9,797 bases of DNA, taken from positions 32,726-42,522 of the forward strand of contig CAZCCD010000004.1 in assembly GCA_964497435.1 (NCBI GenBank), in the 5' to 3' direction. This stretch comes from Candidatus Woesearchaeota archaeon (GTDB lineage: Archaea > Nanobdellota > Nanobdellia > Pacearchaeales > GW2011-AR1). A program made the translations under genes and the position numbers. Shown in pieces: positions 6,050-9,797 of this stretch (its first letter is position 1; every line of letters starts with the position of its first letter). A model generated the notes under the pieces. The model searched no databases. It was not told where the DNA came from and saw only the letters and a program-made list of their open reading frames with translations.

Positions 6050-7888
6050 ATGATGAAAAGAGGATTGATATTAATTTTTGTTTTGATGTTAGTGATAACA
6101 TTTTCTCAAAATGTTTCAGCCGTCATCTCATGCGGAAGTCAAACATATCCTGACGGGACAGGATATTGTTGTGATACTGGAAATGGAGCAAATGGAGTTT
6201 GGTTTAGGGGGGATTATTATTCAAGTTGTCCAAATGAAGCAGGATTCAGATATGTTTCAAATTCCGGGCTTGATACTAATCCAGGAACTTTCAACTCACC
6301 TTGGAGAACTGTAAATAAGGCAAATAATGATTTGTTTGCAGGCGATGCAGCAATATTTCTTGGAGGAGATTATAATGAGCAAGCAAGAGACATATCTGGA
6401 AATCTAAGATTTTGTGAGAGTGCTGAAGTTAATTTATGGCCAGCTAGGTCTGGAACTGCAGGAAATCCAATCATTGTTAAAGGCCATCCTGATTATCCAA
6501 GGCCAATTATACGGGCAAGCGGATTTCCCGGCAGTGTTGTCTGTCCAGGAGGAAATTGCCACCATAGGCCAGTTTGTGCATTTCCATATTTGACTCTAGA
6601 TTATTTAGAAATTACTGATTCTGCAGCAGGAATAAGAGTAGATGGAGCAAATAATGTTATTTTTCAGGATTTAAAAATCCATGATACTGATTATATAAGT
6701 GATGGTAATAATCCTGCAGGAATTCTTTTAGGTTATACTGTTAGAACTCTTAATGGAATTGTAAGAGGAAATGAAATATATAATATACGCGCTGCAGGTG
6801 GTTGCGGAGCAAACTGTGCTGGAGTAACTGTTTATTTCCACGATAATTTTACAATAGAGAATAATTATATCCATGATGCTGCTTCTGGGGTAAGCATAAA
6901 AGGCGGATTTAATGGAAGAGTTAGAAACAATAAAATTTATAATACTGGTGAAGGGATTCGCCACAATTGTGACTATAGCAGGGGTGGTGATGGAGGATGG
7001 GGAACTCTTGGAGATTCCGGCCATACAAATATAACAGAAAATATTATTTATAATAGTTATTCATGGGGTGTTTTTCTTCATGAAAATGTCCAGTCTTCGT
7101 GTGGTTCAGGAATGACTGCTGGAAAAGGAGAATTAGATGATGAATTCATTTTTAATAATATTATTTACAATGATCAGACTAGTGGACCAAGAAATGGCAT
7201 CATGATTTCAACTAATGGTTTTAATATCCCTATGACTAATATCAATGTGAGAAATAATATTCTTGTTAATTCTACTTCACCAACAAGAGATGAAAATTTA
7301 GCTAACTTAGATTATACTGAAACTCCTGGATTTGTTTCAAGCAACAATTTATATTACGACTCTACTGAAAATGATGTTATTTTTTGGTGCGATGAATTTG
7401 ATGGAGGTATTGGTGAATGTTCAATTCCTTCAGATGCTCATTATACTTTAGCTCAATTTAAATCATTATATCCAACCTTAGAAGTAAATTCAATCCAAAC
7501 AAATCCTCTTTTCCTATCAACAAATCCTTCCTCGCCAGACTTCTTAAGACCGGCTCCAGGTTCTCCGGCAATCGACAACGGAACAATAATTCCAGGCTAT
7601 CATTGTGCATCATCTGGACCAAATTCATCTGGATGCAGAGTCTGGTATGGAAGTGCTCCTGATATTGGAGCATATGAGTATAATCCTGGTGGACCTGCAC
7701 CTGTTACTTGCATCCAAGCAGACGTCAACGACGACTTAATCATAAATATAATTGATTTAGCCCTTGTTATTTATAATCAAGGACAGCCATTAACAGGAAG
7801 AGCTCATTTAAATGTTAATAATCAAGACTCTGTCATTAATTATCAAGATGTTCAGGAAGTATTGAATAGAGTTGGACAATCATGTTAA
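6050..7888 (+). CDS. secreted right-handed parallel beta-helix (pectate-lyase fold) protein with a Cys-rich N-terminal segment and a C-terminal dockerin-like module
   Basis: Signal peptide MMKRGLILIFVLMLVITFSQNVSA. Cys-rich stretch ISCGSQTYPDGTGYCCDTGNG..SSCP. DUF1565-like entry motif GTFNSPWRTVNKANNDLFAGDAAIFLGGDY. Repeated PbH1-type coils: NVIFQDLKIHDT, IVRGNEIYNI, FTIENNYIHDA, RVRNNKIYNTGEGI, NITENIIYNS, FIFNNIIYND, NVRNNILVNS. A PDIGAYEY cap motif follows. The last 55 aa or so (nt 7721-7885) form two dockerin-like segments, DVNDDLIINIIDLALVIYN and NVNNQDSVINYQDVQEVLNRV. TATA box tttatatata (6021-6030) lies about 25 nt upstream. Confidence 0.8.
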   Translation: MMKRGLILIFVLMLVITFSQNVSAVISCGSQTYPDGTGYCCDTGNGANGVWFRGDYYSSCPNEAGFRYVSNSGLDTNPGTFNSPWRTVNKANNDLFAGDAAIFLGGDYNEQARDISGNLRFCESAEVNLWPARSGTAGNPIIVKGHPDYPRPIIRASGFPGSVVCPGGNCHHRPVCAFPYLTLDYLEITDSAAGIRVDGANNVIFQDLKIHDTDYISDGNNPAGILLGYTVRTLNGIVRGNEIYNIRAAGGCGANCAGVTVYFHDNFTIENNYIHDAASGVSIKGGFNGRVRNNKIYNTGEGIRHNCDYSRGGDGGWGTLGDSGHTNITENIIYNSYSWGVFLHENVQSSCGSGMTAGKGELDDEFIFNNIIYNDQTSGPRNGIMISTNGFNIPMTNINVRNNILVNSTSPTRDENLANLDYTETPGFVSSNNLYYDSTENDVIFWCDEFDGGIGECSIPSDAHYTLAQFKSLYPTLEVNSIQTNPLFLSTNPSSPDFLRPAPGSPAIDNGTIIPGYHCASSGPNSSGCRVWYGSAPDIGAYEYNPGGPAPVTCIQADVNDDLIINIIDLALVIYNQGQPLTGRAHLNVNNQDSVINYQDVQEVLNRVGQSC

Positions 7889-7937
7889 CGCGACATTGTC
7901 TAGACGTCAAGGCAAATCAAAACAAAGAGCTTTGCGT

Positions 7938-7965
7938 CGCGAAGCCGGGTTCGGCTTCTGAAGCG
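7938..7965. other. strong GC-rich hairpin inside a GC-rich intergenic island (possible structured RNA or protein-binding element)
   Basis: gaagccg (7941-7947) pairs with cggcttc (7952-7958) around a GGTT tetraloop. The stem extends by cgc (7938-7940) pairing with gcg (7963-7965) across a 4-nt bulge. The surrounding 100 nt (7889-7988) are 53% G+C by hand count, in a window of about 30% G+C. Confidence 0.5.
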
Positions 7966-8002
7966 TGGTGTATGTAGGACAGAGGAGGTTAGATTGGTTT
8001 CC

Positions 8003-8039
8003 TATAAGGGGAAAGATTTATAAATAGTTTACCCCTATA
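8003..8039 (+). promoter_or_regulatory. TATA box (tttataaata, 8017-8026) of the ATPase gene, bracketed by an imperfect inverted repeat
   Basis: The TATA is centred 25 nt upstream of the ATG at 8047. Flanking arms TATAAGGGG (8003-8011) and CCCCTATA (8032-8039) form AGGGG/CCCCT perfectly, plus three more pairs after a 1-nt bulge. The arrangement is operator-like and straddles the core promoter. Confidence 0.4.
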
Positions 8040-8046
8040 TAAAACT

Positions 8047-9345
8047 ATGATAGGAAAAGATAAATGGGCTGAGATAATAAGTAATTTTCACAAGAACCCC
8101 GCGCCAAATTTAATAGAAAGAGAGACAAATATTCCAAAACAAATTCCCTTAAAAAGGGCTATTTCTATAATTGGACCTAGAAGAGCAGGCAAAACTTACA
8201 CGGTGTTTCAGGTAATTAAGGATTTAATCAAAAACAAAGTTAGCGTTAACCAAATACTTTATGTTAATTTGGAAAAGACTGATCTTGAAGGATGCACAAT
8301 AAAAGATCTTAGTGTTATGATTGAAACATTTTATGAAATTTACCCTGAAAATAAGAGGAAAAAAATCTGGTTGTGTTTAGATGAGGTTCAGAATGTTGAT
8401 AATTGGGAAAAGTTTGTTAGAACTGTGATTGATGATGAAAATGTCCAGGTTTTTGTAACTGGATCAAGTTCAAAGCTCTTAAGTAAAGAAATAGCAACCT
8501 CACTCAGAGGAAGAACAATAACCTATACCTTATTACCATTTTCTTTTATAGACTATCTAACTGTTGACAAAATAAAACCACCTAAGTATTTTTCATCTGA
8601 GGAAAAGGTGAAAATAATTAATAGATTAACTAGTTACATGAATGACGGAGGTTATCCTGAGGTTGTTCTCTATAAAAAAGAAAAAGAAAAATTACTCCAA
8701 GAGATTGTTGAAACAACAATTTACAGAGATGTTATTGAGAGATTTAAGATCAGAAATACAAAATTATTAAAACTGCTAATGAAATCTCTAATAAACTCAG
8801 CTTGTAAAGAGTTTTCTGTCCACAAATTTTTCAATTTTGTTAAATCAATGGGGATAAGAGCCAGCAAGAAATCCTTTTATAATTATGTTGATGCATTAAA
8901 TGATGTATTTTTTGTGTTTCCCTTAAGAAAATTCTCTTACGCATACAGAGAATCAGAGCAATCTCTTCCTAAGATATATTTAATAGATAATGGAATTTTG
9001 TCTTCTAATGGGATTAATGACAAAGGAAAATTATTGGAAAATCTTGTTTTTATAGAATTGTTGAGAAGAGGAAAGAACATCTATTATTATAAGTCCATTG
9101 ATAATAAAGAGGTTGACTTTTTGATTTTGGAAAAGAGAAAAGTAAAACAGCTTATACAGGTAGCATATTCAATAGATGATCTAACTACAAGAGAAAGAGA
9201 AATAAAATCATTATTAAAAGCGTCTAAGGATCTTAAATGTAACGATCTTAGTTTGGTAACATGGGATAAGAATGGACAGGATAAGATAAATGGTAAAACA
9301 ATAAAATTCATTCCATTGTGGAAATGGTTGTTATTAGAAAAATAA
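8047..9345 (+). CDS. AAA+ superfamily ATPase, AAA_14 + DUF4143 architecture (COG1373-type)
   Basis: 432 aa. Walker A GPRRAGKT (8173-8196). Walker B LCLDEVQ (8371-8391). FVTGSSS sensor-like strand. Middle helical region (YPEV..., ETTIYRDVIERF) typical of this family. The C-terminal DUF4143 region has ENLVFIELLRRG and EVDFLI. TATA box tttataaata (8017-8026) lies 25 nt upstream of the ATG. Confidence 0.88.
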   Translation: MIGKDKWAEIISNFHKNPAPNLIERETNIPKQIPLKRAISIIGPRRAGKTYTVFQVIKDLIKNKVSVNQILYVNLEKTDLEGCTIKDLSVMIETFYEIYPENKRKKIWLCLDEVQNVDNWEKFVRTVIDDENVQVFVTGSSSKLLSKEIATSLRGRTITYTLLPFSFIDYLTVDKIKPPKYFSSEEKVKIINRLTSYMNDGGYPEVVLYKKEKEKLLQEIVETTIYRDVIERFKIRNTKLLKLLMKSLINSACKEFSVHKFFNFVKSMGIRASKKSFYNYVDALNDVFFVFPLRKFSYAYRESEQSLPKIYLIDNGILSSNGINDKGKLLENLVFIELLRRGKNIYYYKSIDNKEVDFLILEKRKVKQLIQVAYSIDDLTTREREIKSLLKASKDLKCNDLSLVTWDKNGQDKINGKTIKFIPLWKWLLLEK

Positions 9346-9396
9346 AAAAGCTTGAAAAATCATTCCACAAAGCATCTCCATTTCCTCTAAATTGTA

Positions 9397-9402
9397 TTTT
9401 TT
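9397..9402 (+). terminator. oligo-T run downstream of the ATPase gene; possible archaeal terminator
   Basis: A T6 tract lies about 50 nt after the TAA at 9343-9345. Weak evidence in AT-rich DNA. Confidence 0.25.
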
Positions 9403-9452
9403 CTACCTCGAATAAATGACTGCCCATCATTATCTCTAAAACATAATTATTC

Positions 9453-9611
9453 TTAGGCTTTATTGTGATTTTTCTTCATTAATTCTTTCTGATTTAAAAA
9501 TACCATAACTACAGCTCCGATTATAAAAATCCAATCTATAAAAAACGTCATTGCTAAAAATCCTAATGCAATTATTGAATAGATTATAACTTTAAGGTTT
9601 GGTTTTGACAT
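9453..9611 (-). CDS. putative small membrane peptide (52 aa)
   Basis: Hand-translated; it is below the ORF-track length cutoff: MSKPNLKVIIYSIIALGFLAMTFFIDWIFIIGAVVMVFLNQKELMKKNHNKA. It has two hydrophobic segments. Its ATG at 9611 lies 2 nt after the TAG (9614-9616) of the upstream minus-strand gene, suggesting co-transcription. Support is only ORF integrity, hydrophobicity and tight spacing. Confidence 0.35.
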   Translation of the reverse strand: MSKPNLKVIIYSIIALGFLAMTFFIDWIFIIGAVVMVFLNQKELMKKNHNKA

Positions 9612-9613
9612 AA

Positions 9614-9797
9614 CTAGGATTTAATAGCTGAAAGATTTATTTTAACAGGCAGATTTAGTTTTAGATCTTTGAGATCTTTTGTATGTTTTTTAAAGTTAAA
9701 AATGCCAATTCCTATAATTTTATTGGTGTCTTGATCTTTAAAAAGAACTGTATCTTCATTAATATGATCTCCATAATCTTTATTTGATTTGCCGAAC
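9614..9797 (-). CDS. DUF2283-like small protein, C-terminal part (5' end lies beyond the window edge)
   Basis: Hand-translated open frame running into the right edge: ..FGKSNKDYGDHINEDTVLFKDQDTNKIIGIGIFNFKKHTKDLKDLKLNLPVKINLSAIKS*. The segment INEDTVLFKDQDTNKIIGIGIFNFKK matches the characteristic DUF2283 pattern (..V.lD.D.dG.ivGIEIl.asK..). Absent from the ORF track because it has no start codon inside the window. Confidence 0.5.
   Translation of the reverse strand, partial: FGKSNKDYGDHINEDTVLFKDQDTNKIIGIGIFNFKKHTKDLKDLKLNLPVKINLSAIKS

Noticed and set aside
6111-7700. ORFs 6111-6314 (+), 6728-7024 (-) and 7458-7700 (-) inside the beta-helix gene
   Set aside because: They are alternative-frame or antisense shadows of a 612-aa ORF with clear repeat and domain structure, and nothing supports them independently.
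7889-7990. tRNA, split-tRNA half or C/D-box sRNA as explanations for the GC-rich island
   Set aside because: The GGTTCGG string resembles a T-loop, but it is the loop of a 7-bp hairpin. It lacks the 5-bp stem and 7-nt loop of a T-arm, and no acceptor, D or anticodon arms can be drawn on either strand. No RUGAUGA C box exists on either strand to pair with the single CTGA (7957-7960). No ORF with a start codon spans it.
7984-8023. Shine-Dalgarno-like GGAGGT (7984-7989) followed by a TTG (7994)
   Set aside because: The downstream frame (TTG GTT TCC TAT AAG GGG AAA GAT TTA TAA) is only 9 codons long, and the other genes here show no SD usage. It is probably just part of the GC-rich element.
9087-9311. 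Minus-strand 74-aa ORF inside the ATPase gene
   Set aside because: It is an antisense shadow ORF within the DUF4143 region and has no motifs.
9308-9430. Hand-found 40-aa minus-strand ORF (MMGSHLFEVEKIQFRGNGDALWNDFSSFFIFLITTISTME) downstream of the 52-aa peptide gene
   Set aside because: It overlaps the ATPase 3' end by about 38 nt and crosses the T-rich putative terminator. It has no recognisable features and is too short to support.
1-9797. CRISPR arrays, IS elements, integrases, rRNA/tRNA genes, alternative genetic code
   Set aside because: I saw no spaced direct repeats, no transposase or integrase-like ORFs, and no terminal inverted repeats flanking any gene. TAA, TAG and TGA all terminate well-supported ORFs, so the code is standard.

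Overview
AT-rich window (about 30% G+C by eye) using all three standard stop codons. Its expression signals look archaeal. Six ATG starts have a TTTATA-type box centred about 25 nt upstream, which is leaderless-transcript geometry. One protein starts with an archaeal class III (type IV pilin-like) signal peptide. I read it as a fragment of a low-GC, probably small-genome archaeon; DPANN-like is a guess I cannot prove from this window.

Gene content, left to right:
- a 92-aa orphan ORF
- PEP synthase (ppsA) and a Pyrococcus-type single-cluster ferredoxin, both on the minus strand
- five exported or membrane proteins in a row at 3088-7888: a pilin-signal/LamG lectin fusion, LemA, a Cys-rich secreted protein translationally coupled to a tiny membrane-anchored acidic protein, and a 612-aa right-handed beta-helix protein ending in a dockerin-like module
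- a roughly 100-nt intergenic island of about 53% G+C containing a strong hairpin
- a stand-alone AAA+ (AAA_14/DUF4143, COG1373-type) ATPase whose C-terminal nuclease-like motif looks degenerate
- at the right edge on the minus strand, a truncated DUF2283-like gene tightly followed by a 52-aa membrane peptide

I found no rRNA, tRNA, CRISPR array, transposase or integrase. The parts most worth follow-up are the surface-protein cluster (a candidate adhesion or host-interaction module), the GC-rich structured element, and the ATPase locus. All family assignments come from motif recognition by eye and need HMM or structure confirmation.
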